Below are positions 17,418 through 24,671 of a stretch of 32,000 nt of DNA, piece after piece. A program made the translations under genes and the position numbers. This DNA is from an uncultured Erysipelotrichaceae bacterium (lineage in GTDB: Bacteria; Bacillota_I; Bacilli_A; Erysipelotrichales; Erysipelotrichaceae): the NCBI GenBank assembly GCA_942492995.1, contig OW818653.1, forward strand, positions 1,830,001-1,862,000. The letters run 5' to 3'. Under the pieces are notes generated by a model. It was given only the letters and a program-made list of their open reading frames with translations. It did no database searches and was not told the origin of the DNA. Every line of letters starts with the position of its first letter. Positions within the stretch are counted from its first letter, which is position 1.

Positions 17418-18082
17418 AATTCTCTTTTTTGATAAAATTTTTGCGATAAGTGTATCGAAATGTAGAGTGAGATTAACCAGAAGAGTAGAACTAAACTAAT
17501 AATTATTATTGGGTTATTGGTAATCCATAGTAAGAATGAATCGAGTTTATCCATAAATAGTGGATAAAGTTGACCAACAAATACGACAACCAGAGGGATA
17601 AGTAAGAACGGAACATAAGCTAATAAACGAGCTTTCGAGAATCCTAGTTTAAAGTAAATTGGGATTTGAAAGAACTGAGAGAAACTAAAGAAGAAGAATA
17701 GAATTAAAAGAATTAAAATGTTATCAATAAATGAAAATGGATAACGCGTAATTAAACTTACGACGAGAGTTGTTACAATTGCGAATAAACAGAAGGCAAG
17801 GTTAATAACAAAAGCATATACATAACGTCCAATAACAACAGTATTACGATCAATCCCTAAGAAAACATATAAACTATCAATTCCGTTCTTCTCACCTACC
17901 GCAAATGGATAAGTGATATACAATGTTCCAAATCCCATTAATATTCCAAGTGCAGTGACACTTGTTTTTGTGCCATATACGACAAAGAGTGCTGAGATAC
18001 CAAAGATTAAGAAGTTCTTTATGGTTAAATAAGGTTTTATCGTGATTAAATCTAATCGAACAAAGGATAATGTTGACTTCAT
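17414..18082 (-). CDS. ABC-2-type transporter permease
   Basis: 222-aa protein with about 6 TM segments. Its start overlaps the stop of the ATPase gene (ATGA). Confidence 0.65.
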   Translation of the reverse strand: MKSTLSFVRLDLITIKPYLTIKNFLIFGISALFVVYGTKTSVTALGILMGFGTLYITYPFAVGEKNGIDSLYVFLGIDRNTVVIGRYVYAFVINLAFCLFAIVTTLVVSLITRYPFSFIDNILILLILFFFFSFSQFFQIPIYFKLGFSKARLLAYVPFLLIPLVVVFVGQLYPLFMDKLDSFLLWITNNPIIIISLVLLFWLISLYISIHLSQKFYQKREF

Positions 18083-18921
18083 TGTTTTAGCTCCTTATTC
18101 ATGTATACAATAATTTGATCTAAACTACATGGTTCTACAAGTATTGATTCATCGAGCTCATTTAACTTTTCACTCGGATAAAGTGCTTCAAACCCAGTAG
18201 AGAATTTTCTCAAACCAATCGCATTATCACGAATCACATCATTAATCTCGTTTAAACCACCTTTGATAATTCCGTATTTCTCAATCAAATCATCTTTTAA
18301 ACCCGTAAATAAAATTTGTCCATTCATGATAAATACGATATAATCCGCAATCTTTTCTAAATCACTAGTGATGTGAGTTGAAAAGAAAACAGAATGTGAT
18401 TCATCTGAAACGAAATCGCTTAGTAAATCACAAATTTCTTCACGAGCTACAGGATCTAGTCCACTTGTTGGTTCATCGAGAACTAAAAGTTTCGCATGAT
18501 GTGATAAAGCAGTTGCTAACATAAGCTTTACTTTCATACCTCTTGATAAATCCTTGATTTTCTTATTCGGTTTTAAGTTAAATTGATTTAAATATTGATT
18601 ATATTTTTGAGAATCCCAATTCGAATAAAACGGTGAAATAGCTTTCTCAACATCCATCATCGTCCAATCTTCCACAAAGAAAGGCATATCCATCACAACT
18701 CCAATATCAGAATGATTCTTGAGCGTATCTCCAAATACGTGAATATCTCCGCCATCAAGATTGATAAGATTTAGTATAGATTTGATACTGGTTGTTTTAC
18801 CAGATCCATTTGGTCCTATAAAGCCAGTGATATAACCAGAAGGAATAGAGAATGACACAGATTTTAAACTGAAGTCAGTGTAGTGTTTTGAAAGTTGAGA
18901 TACATTAATTACGGGTTTCAT
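18079..18921 (-). CDS. ABC transporter ATP-binding protein
   Basis: Walker A GPNGSGKTT, signature LSRGMKVKL and Walker B LLVLDEPTSGLD. Confidence 0.9.
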   Translation of the reverse strand: MKPVINVSQLSKHYTDFSLKSVSFSIPSGYITGFIGPNGSGKTTSIKSILNLINLDGGDIHVFGDTLKNHSDIGVVMDMPFFVEDWTMMDVEKAISPFYSNWDSQKYNQYLNQFNLKPNKKIKDLSRGMKVKLMLATALSHHAKLLVLDEPTSGLDPVAREEICDLLSDFVSDESHSVFFSTHITSDLEKIADYIVFIMNGQILFTGLKDDLIEKYGIIKGGLNEINDVIRDNAIGLRKFSTGFEALYPSEKLNELDESILVEPCSLDQIIVYMNKELKQ

Positions 18922-19297
18922 CGTTATACTCCTTATACAAAGTTTGTAGAATTTCGATTAGTTCTTCATACGTAATATCGTAACGATTTGATAATTCAAT
19001 CGCTTTTTCAAATAATGATTCGATATTTCGTGTTGCGTTTTCTTTAACTAGTTCCGGATTACGTGGTAACACAAAACAACCTTTACCCTGAATATTAATC
19101 ACATATCCCTCAGTTTCTAAGTCATTGTATGCTCGTGTTGTGGTAATGACACTTATTTTAAGGTCCTTTGCGAGTTGGCGAATAGAGGGAAGTGGGCTAT
19201 CCTCTTTCTGTTCACCAGAAAGAATTGCCTCTTTAATCTGAAGTTTAATTTGTTCATAAATAGGAACTGAAGATCGATTTGAAATAATAAGTTTCAT
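18905..19297 (-). CDS. GntR-family regulator, YtrA subfamily (short)
   Basis: VPIYEQIKLQIKEAILSGEQKEDSPLPSIRQLAKDLKISVITTTRAYNDLETEGYV is a wHTH with a short C-terminal helical tail. The ATG at 19297 follows AAGGAG. The ORF-track start at 19315 has no SD. Confidence 0.85.
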   Translation of the reverse strand: MKLIISNRSSVPIYEQIKLQIKEAILSGEQKEDSPLPSIRQLAKDLKISVITTTRAYNDLETEGYVINIQGKGCFVLPRNPELVKENATRNIESLFEKAIELSNRYDITYEELIEILQTLYKEYNDETRN

Positions 19298-19323
19298 AGG
19301 ACTCCTTATATACACATATATAC

Positions 19324-19351
19324 AGTATAATCAGTTATATAAAATTGTCAA
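19324..19351 (-). promoter_or_regulatory. Promoter of the GntR-ABC operon (TTGACA-16 nt-TATACT on the reverse strand)
   Basis: The reverse complement of 19346-19351 is TTGACA, and that of 19324-19329 is TATACT. Confidence 0.5.
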
Positions 19352-19427
19352 ATGTATATCAAAAATAATGAATTCAATGTATTACTCTAGACAATTTTAT
19401 ACATCTAAGTATGTTAAAATTAAATAA

Positions 19428-19880
19428 ATGGAACAGAAATTTATCATGCCAGCACATGGTCGAGTTCTTGATTTAGATCAAGTCCCTGACGAACTTTTTA
19501 GACAGCGCCAAATGGGTGATGGTTTTGCGATAGAACTTATTGATGGCGAGATTATTGCGCCAATGGATGGGGTAGTATCTGCGTTGTTCCCAACAGGACA
19601 TGCGATTGGATTAACATTGAATGATTCGATTACACTATTAATCCATATTGGAATAAATACCATACAATTAAAAAATCATCCCATTGAAGTATTTGTTCAA
19701 CAGAATGAAATTATAAAACAAGGACAATTACTTGTAAGAGTCGATCTTAAGAAATTTAAAGAAGGACATATCGAACCAATCGTTCCAATCATCTTCACTC
19801 GTAGTACATTCTTTGCGTTAAAACGAGGTGTGGATGAAGTGCAAATTGGTGAAGAAGACATTATTGAAATATTTGATTAA
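19428..19880 (+). CDS. PTS glucose-family EIIA component, stand-alone
   Basis: VPDELFRQRQMGDGFAI, PTGHAIGL and LIHIGINTIQL (the two conserved His motifs of EIIA-Glc). No EIIB or EIIC gene lies nearby, and no obvious SD is present. Confidence 0.85.
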   Translation: MEQKFIMPAHGRVLDLDQVPDELFRQRQMGDGFAIELIDGEIIAPMDGVVSALFPTGHAIGLTLNDSITLLIHIGINTIQLKNHPIEVFVQQNEIIKQGQLLVRVDLKKFKEGHIEPIVPIIFTRSTFFALKRGVDEVQIGEEDIIEIFD

Positions 19881-20269
19881 TAGGCACAAATCTCAACTTT
19901 AATTCGATTTGGATCTTCAAAGAATACCGCATAATAGTCAGGTCCACCTGCGTACGGATGTTTATCAAGATAAAGAATGGTCACATTCTTTTCTTTTAGT
20001 TTCTCAGTAATTTCATCGACAAACTCCCTACTATCACCATGAAACGCTAAGTGATTTAATCCAGCATGTTTGCGATGATAGTCATGTTCAATGTATTTTT
20101 CTTCGACTTGTACAAAATCAATGTACGTATCTTCAAGTATATAACTTATCCCATCTTTCCATTGTTGGTACGTAGAATATCCAAGTTCATGCAATAACCA
20201 TCCCCAAAATTCCTTGGATTGTTTAAGATCTTTAACGTATAATTCTATATGATGAAGTTTACCTTTCAT
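19877..20269 (-). CDS. VOC-family (glyoxalase/bleomycin-resistance/dioxygenase fold) protein
   Basis: N-terminal KLHHIELYVKDLKQSKEFW, then HLAF and the YAVFFEDPNRIKVE C-terminus. AAGGAG SD upstream. Confidence 0.8.
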   Translation of the reverse strand: MKGKLHHIELYVKDLKQSKEFWGWLLHELGYSTYQQWKDGISYILEDTYIDFVQVEEKYIEHDYHRKHAGLNHLAFHGDSREFVDEITEKLKEKNVTILYLDKHPYAGGPDYYAVFFEDPNRIKVEICAY

Positions 20270-20356
20270 GCGTTTCTCCTTTATTTCCTAGGCAATAAGC
20301 AAAGGACTTGATTCAAACTCTATTATCACCTATTGTATATGAAGATGAGGTAAACG

Positions 20357-20722
20357 ATGAAAAAACTTTTATTAATAATGATTGGAGCTCTACTAATGAG
20401 TGCATGCGCAACAGAAAGCAGTTATCATAAAATCAGTGCTGAAGAGGCAAAGAAAATGATGGATTCACAAGAAGTCATAATCGTAGATGTACGAACTCAA
20501 GAAGAATATAATGCAGGACATATCGAAAATGCGATCTTAATTCCAAATGAAAGTATAAGTACAGAACCAAGCGAATTGGATAATAAAGATGCGATTATTC
20601 TTGTGTATTGTCGAAGTGGAAGTCGAAGTAAAGCGGCGTCAGATAAACTTGTAAATCTTGGGTATAAGAATATCTATGATTTTGGTGGAATCATTGATTG
20701 GCCATTTGAAATCGTTGATTAA
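20357..20722 (+). CDS. Rhodanese-domain lipoprotein (sulfurtransferase-like)
   Basis: Lipobox LMSAC, IIVDVRTQEEYNAGHIENA, and the active-site loop YCRSGSRS. Confidence 0.85.
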   Translation: MKKLLLIMIGALLMSACATESSYHKISAEEAKKMMDSQEVIIVDVRTQEEYNAGHIENAILIPNESISTEPSELDNKDAIILVYCRSGSRSKAASDKLVNLGYKNIYDFGGIIDWPFEIVD

Positions 20723-20740
20723 TGCGGAAACGCATTTTTT
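20721..20740 (+). terminator. Rho-independent terminator
   Basis: AATGCG-GAAA-CGCATT followed by TTTT. Confidence 0.7.
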
Positions 20741-20764
20741 ACTCGTCAGATTAGGGACAGAACT

Positions 20765-20773
20765 TGATATAAT
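20765..20773 (+). promoter_or_regulatory. Extended -10 promoter (TGATATAAT) placed for a leaderless transcript
   Basis: TG at 20765-20766 and TATAAT at 20768-20773. The ATG of the next gene starts at 20780, 6 nt after the -10 box, with no SD. Confidence 0.45.
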
Positions 20774-20779
20774 AGAACC

Positions 20780-21445
20780 ATGGCAAGAAGTGCACGTAAC
20801 ACCTTACAATCAAATTTAGTATTGGTAACTCAGAACTGTAATGGGATTCTTTATCGTGATGATCAAGATCGTGAGTTCTTTTTAGCGTTATTAAAGAAAG
20901 TTCAGTTAAATTTTAATTGTCATATTTTGGCGTTTTGTTGTAATGAAAGTGATCGATTTCAAATCATCATTGATACGCAAGGTGCTAATATCTCCAAGAT
21001 CATTCAATCTCTTACAATCTCATATTCAATCCATCGTAAGAGTGATATAAAGCTATTTACACAACGATTCAAGACAAAAGCGATATTCAGTGAGTCACAA
21101 CTAAAAGAAGTCATACAAGAGATACAGAAGGATCGTAAAGACTATGCGGCCTGTTGCATGATGAGTGAGACAATGGCTAAGTATGAATGGATGAAACCCT
21201 ACAATCAAAAGCTATTTATTCAGATTGAACAGAATAAACAAACGTTAAATAAAGATGAACTTCAGACTATATTAGATAGAATGTTAATGGATAAAGAGAT
21301 AGATCTTATTGAATTCAAACGGGATAAAACATTAAGAAATGAATGGATCAAACAACTAAGACAGAAATATGATTGTAATCTTAAATGTTTAGCAGAAGTT
21401 CTAGAATTAACAGAATCATCGATATCTAAGATAATAAACAGTTAA
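20780..21445 (+). CDS. IS200/Y1-transposase-like (COG1943-like) protein lacking the HUH and Tyr catalytic motifs, with a C-terminal HTH
   Basis: It appears colinear with the recalled family pattern (MAR..R, DD-DRE-FL-LLKK, I-AFC, ISKIIQSLT-SY, LF-QRFK, EYEW). The HxH position reads DRFQIII and the catalytic Tyr position reads QRFKT. The tail LRNEWIKQLRQKYDCNLKCLAEVLELTESSISKIINS looks like a DnaA-domain-IV-type HTH. Confidence 0.55.
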   Translation: MARSARNTLQSNLVLVTQNCNGILYRDDQDREFFLALLKKVQLNFNCHILAFCCNESDRFQIIIDTQGANISKIIQSLTISYSIHRKSDIKLFTQRFKTKAIFSESQLKEVIQEIQKDRKDYAACCMMSETMAKYEWMKPYNQKLFIQIEQNKQTLNKDELQTILDRMLMDKEIDLIEFKRDKTLRNEWIKQLRQKYDCNLKCLAEVLELTESSISKIINS

Positions 21446-21459
21446 TCATTGAGCAATCC

Positions 21460-21490
21460 ACTTGAAATTCAAGTTATGTCCCCATATACT
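21460..21490 (+). promoter_or_regulatory. Promoter (TTGAAA-17 nt-TATACT) overlapped by a perfect 15-bp palindrome
   Basis: ACTTGAAATTCAAGT at 21460-21474, TTGAAA at 21462-21467 and TATACT at 21485-21490. AAGGAG and the ATG at 21511 follow. Confidence 0.5.
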
Positions 21491-21510
21491 TGGAGTGTAA
21501 GGAGATTGAT

Positions 21511-22476
21511 ATGTCGTTCAACTTTAATATAAGTAGTAGTCATAAGCCAAAAATTGACACGAATCAAATCTATGATTTTGTGAGTATCGGTGGTGGTCCA
21601 GCAAGTTATAATGCGAGTTTATACGCAAAACGTAAAGGACTAAACACATTAATCATTGTGAAAAAACCAGGTGGTCAATTACTTAATACATCATCTGTTG
21701 ATAATTATCTTGGATTTAAAGAATTATCAGGAGAATCGTTATACGAAGAATTTCATAATCATGTTAAAACACTTGATGTGTTAGAAATTAATGATCAAAA
21801 TGTAATTAATATTGAGAAGATTAATAATCGATTCTATCTTACTTTAGAAGATTATCGAGTTATTCAAAGTAAAACGATCTTAATTGCTACAGGATCTAAT
21901 CCTAGAAAACTTAATGTGAAAGGCGAAATCGAATTCGCAAATGCAGGTGTAGCGTATTGTGCAATCTGTGATGCGCCACTTTTCAAAGGTAAGGATGTCA
22001 TTATAGTAGGTGGAGGAAACTCAGCCGTAGAAGCAGCGATTGATGTCGCAAAATTAGCACGTAATGTGACCCTTGTACATCGTAGTCAACTTAGAGCAGA
22101 TCAAATACTGATTGATAAGATGAATGCTCAATCGAATATAAAAGTTTATCTTGAATCACAGATTCTTGAAATAGAAGGTGATACTAAGATGCGCTCAATT
22201 AGAGTATTAGATAAACTAAACAATACAGAGTTTAGATTAGAAGCAGATGGAATCTTTATCGAGATAGGTAATATTCCAAACTCAAATTTAGTACGTGATT
22301 TAGTTAAACTAAATGATAGAAATGAAGTTATCGTAAACATAAAACAAGAAACATCATTAGAAGGATGTTATAGCGCAGGTGATGTGACAGATACACCTTA
22401 CAAACAAATTATCATCGCAACAGCAGATGGCGCAAAAGCTGCCTTAGCTGCGAATGAATACATTAATACCCATTAG
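21511..22476 (+). CDS. AhpF-C-terminal-like / thioredoxin-reductase-like FAD-dependent pyridine nucleotide-disulfide oxidoreductase
   Basis: GGGPAS, redox-active CAIC, FKGKDVIIVGGGNSAVEAAID, AGDVTD and PYKQIIIA. The ATG at 21511 follows AAGGAG. The ORF-track TTG at 21490 is unlikely. Confidence 0.85.
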   Translation: MSFNFNISSSHKPKIDTNQIYDFVSIGGGPASYNASLYAKRKGLNTLIIVKKPGGQLLNTSSVDNYLGFKELSGESLYEEFHNHVKTLDVLEINDQNVINIEKINNRFYLTLEDYRVIQSKTILIATGSNPRKLNVKGEIEFANAGVAYCAICDAPLFKGKDVIIVGGGNSAVEAAIDVAKLARNVTLVHRSQLRADQILIDKMNAQSNIKVYLESQILEIEGDTKMRSIRVLDKLNNTEFRLEADGIFIEIGNIPNSNLVRDLVKLNDRNEVIVNIKQETSLEGCYSAGDVTDTPYKQIIIATADGAKAALAANEYINTH

Positions 22477-22488
22477 GAGGAACATACA

Positions 22489-23127
22489 ATGGAAAAATTA
22501 TTAAATCAAGATGTACAAAATCAATTAAAACAAGTATTTGAGGAACTTAAGAATCCCGTCACAATGGTACTATTTACCAGTAAAGAAGACTGTGAAAGTT
22601 GTGCACAAACGAAAAGCTTACTCAGTGAAATATCGGAATTAAGTGAAAAATTATCAATTAAAGAATTCGATTTACACTCAGATGAAGCTAAACTCTATGG
22701 AATTGAAATGGCCCCTAGCTTTGTGCTACTCGATTCAAAAGATGAATACAAACGTGTTAAATTCAACGGTATTCCTGCAGGACATGAAATCAATTCATTC
22801 ATCTCCGCATTAATCGAAATGTCTGGAACTGAAAGTGAAGTCCCTGCAGAACTCTTAGAACGTATCCAAAAGATTGATAAACCAGTCAATATTAAAGTAT
22901 TCGTGACATTATCCTGTCCACATTGCCCAGGTGCTGTACAAAAAGCACATAAACTTGCGATGTTAAACAAGAATGTAACAGGTGAAATGATTGAAGCGCA
23001 AACATTCTATGAACTATCTGAAAAGTTCAATGTGACAGGTGTTCCTAAAATCATTATTAATGATTCATTAGAACTTGTTGGTAATCAACCAATTGAACGT
23101 TTCTTGGACCAAATCGAAAGCTTGTAA
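22489..23127 (+). CDS. Glutaredoxin-like protein disulfide oxidoreductase (double thioredoxin fold, like the AhpF N-terminal domain)
   Basis: Two CxxC motifs (CESC around residue 35 and CPHC around residue 143). The 212-aa length and the GVPKIIIN motif match PDO and the AhpF N-terminal domain. AGGAGG SD upstream. Confidence 0.75.
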   Translation: MEKLLNQDVQNQLKQVFEELKNPVTMVLFTSKEDCESCAQTKSLLSEISELSEKLSIKEFDLHSDEAKLYGIEMAPSFVLLDSKDEYKRVKFNGIPAGHEINSFISALIEMSGTESEVPAELLERIQKIDKPVNIKVFVTLSCPHCPGAVQKAHKLAMLNKNVTGEMIEAQTFYELSEKFNVTGVPKIIINDSLELVGNQPIERFLDQIESL

Positions 23128-23152
23128 GAATGAGGTAACTCATTCTTTTTTT
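23126..23152 (+). terminator. Rho-independent terminator
   Basis: AAGAATGAG-GTAA-CTCATTCTT followed by a T-run. Confidence 0.8.
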
Positions 23153-23168
23153 GTGTTAAGATTAGTTT

Positions 23169-24065
23169 ATGGAAAAAATACAACTTAATAATGAAGTCAG
23201 TTTATCACGCATTGTACAAGGGCTATGGCGTTTAACCAGTTGGAAAATGAGTGACGCAGAAATCGTACAATTCGTAAAAGAATGTATCGCATTAGGTGTC
23301 ACAAGTTTTGACACAGCAGAAATTTATGGAAACTATGAAGCAGAAGAAGTATTTGGTAGAGCACTAAAACTTGATCCAAGTCTACGCTCACAAATTCAAA
23401 TTATTACAAAGACTGGAATTAATATGAAGAGTGTTAAACGTGATTACCGAATTGGTCATTACGATACACGTTATGAAAAGATAGTCGCATCGTGTAAGAA
23501 GAGTATTGAATTGATGAATTGTGAATACTTAGATGTCTTCTTGGTTCATCGTGAAGATCCATTGATTGATCATGCGGAAGTTGCGCGTGCACTCAATGAT
23601 TTAAAAGCGATGGGACTAATCAAATCCTATGGTGTATCGAACTTTGATCCATTCAAATTCGAAGCTTTACAACATTTCACAAACAATCAATTAGTCACAA
23701 ACCAAATCGAAATATCTCCGTTATGTTTTGAACATTACACGTCTGGCTTAATGGATGTATTACAGAAACATCAAGTTCATCCGATGATTTGGTCTCCTTT
23801 AGCGGGTGGTTCAATCTTTAAATCGGATGATCCTAAAGCAATTAAACTTAGAAATGTATTAACGGATATCGCAGCTCGTCATAATGAAGATTTAGATACA
23901 ATTGTTTACGCATGGTTATTAAAACATCCTACAAAAGGATTACCAATTAGTGGTAGTGGAAAAATAGAGCGTTTGAAACACGCTGTACATGCGCTTGATG
24001 TAGAATTAACTCTAGAAGAGTGGTATGAAATCTATACCGCGAGTGGAGATAAGGAGCTACGTTAA
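23169..24065 (+). CDS. Aldo/keto reductase (YdhF-like oxidoreductase)
   Basis: SRIVQGLWRL, FDTAEIYGNY, LVHREDPL, GVSNF and NQIEISP are typical AKR motifs. Confidence 0.85.
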   Translation: MEKIQLNNEVSLSRIVQGLWRLTSWKMSDAEIVQFVKECIALGVTSFDTAEIYGNYEAEEVFGRALKLDPSLRSQIQIITKTGINMKSVKRDYRIGHYDTRYEKIVASCKKSIELMNCEYLDVFLVHREDPLIDHAEVARALNDLKAMGLIKSYGVSNFDPFKFEALQHFTNNQLVTNQIEISPLCFEHYTSGLMDVLQKHQVHPMIWSPLAGGSIFKSDDPKAIKLRNVLTDIAARHNEDLDTIVYAWLLKHPTKGLPISGSGKIERLKHAVHALDVELTLEEWYEIYTASGDKELR

Positions 24066-24346
24066 TGCAATACTATCTAGTTTCACTTATTGGATTAGTT
24101 TATTATATTGTAGTTTATTTATTATCACGAAAATTTAAATTTCAAATGTTTCATGGTTTATGGTTACCATTAATTCTCAATTTAGGTATTATTGGCATGT
24201 TGATTTATACATCAAATACTGAAACGACTGGTTGGGCAGCATTAGGGTATTTTGTATTATTAATTTTTGGTTTATTAATCTTTCTTGTTTATCTTCTATC
24301 ATGGGGTGTACACATACTTATCGTAAGGAATCGTTCTAAAATATAA
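24065..24346 (+). CDS. Small membrane protein (3 TM segments), unknown function
   Basis: 93-aa hydrophobic ORF. Its ATG overlaps the AKR stop (TAATG) and AAGGAG lies upstream. Confidence 0.5.
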   Translation: MQYYLVSLIGLVYYIVVYLLSRKFKFQMFHGLWLPLILNLGIIGMLIYTSNTETTGWAALGYFVLLIFGLLIFLVYLLSWGVHILIVRNRSKI

Positions 24347-24377
24347 CATCACTTGCATATTCAGTGATGTTTTTTTA
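24346..24377 (+). terminator. Rho-independent terminator
   Basis: ACATCACT (24346-24353) pairs with AGTGATGT (24363-24370), followed by T7. Confidence 0.75.
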
Positions 24378-24424
24378 TACTAATGATGCTTAGATAATCA
24401 TCAAGCACTTTGATCGGAGTAACT

Positions 24425-24616
24425 ATGGGCGATATTATTGTATTAGCCATCCTTGGTGTTATTTTTGGATTTATTATTCGATATCTATATCTTCAACAAC
24501 AACTCGCTAAGAAATACTGTAAGGGAATCTCCTGTATTGGGTGTGCTAAACTCTTAGAAGGATGTGGCGAACCTAAAGATATTTTGAGTGAATTACGTAA
24601 AGAACTTCATAAATAA
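24425..24616 (+). CDS. FeoB-associated Cys-rich membrane peptide-like protein
   Basis: 63-aa peptide with one N-terminal TM segment (IIVLAILGVIFGFIIRYLYL) and then a Cys-rich tail (CKGISCIGCAKLLEGC). The ATG at 24425 follows GGAG. Confidence 0.5.
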   Translation: MGDIIVLAILGVIFGFIIRYLYLQQQLAKKYCKGISCIGCAKLLEGCGEPKDILSELRKELHK

Positions 24617-24623
24617 CATAAAT

Positions 24624-24649
24624 AGGAAGCATTAGCTTCCTTTTGTTTT
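24624..24649 (+). terminator. Rho-independent terminator
   Basis: AGGAAGC-ATTA-GCTTCCT followed by TTTGTTTT. Confidence 0.7.
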
Positions 24650-24671
24650 ATAATGAGAAAGAGGATTAACG

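Noticed and set aside
20780-21445. An active IS200/IS605 insertion sequence or RAYT mobile element
   Set aside because: The HUH histidines and the catalytic tyrosine are all substituted. No tnpB, subterminal hairpins or REP-like repeats flank the gene. No second copy is present in the window.
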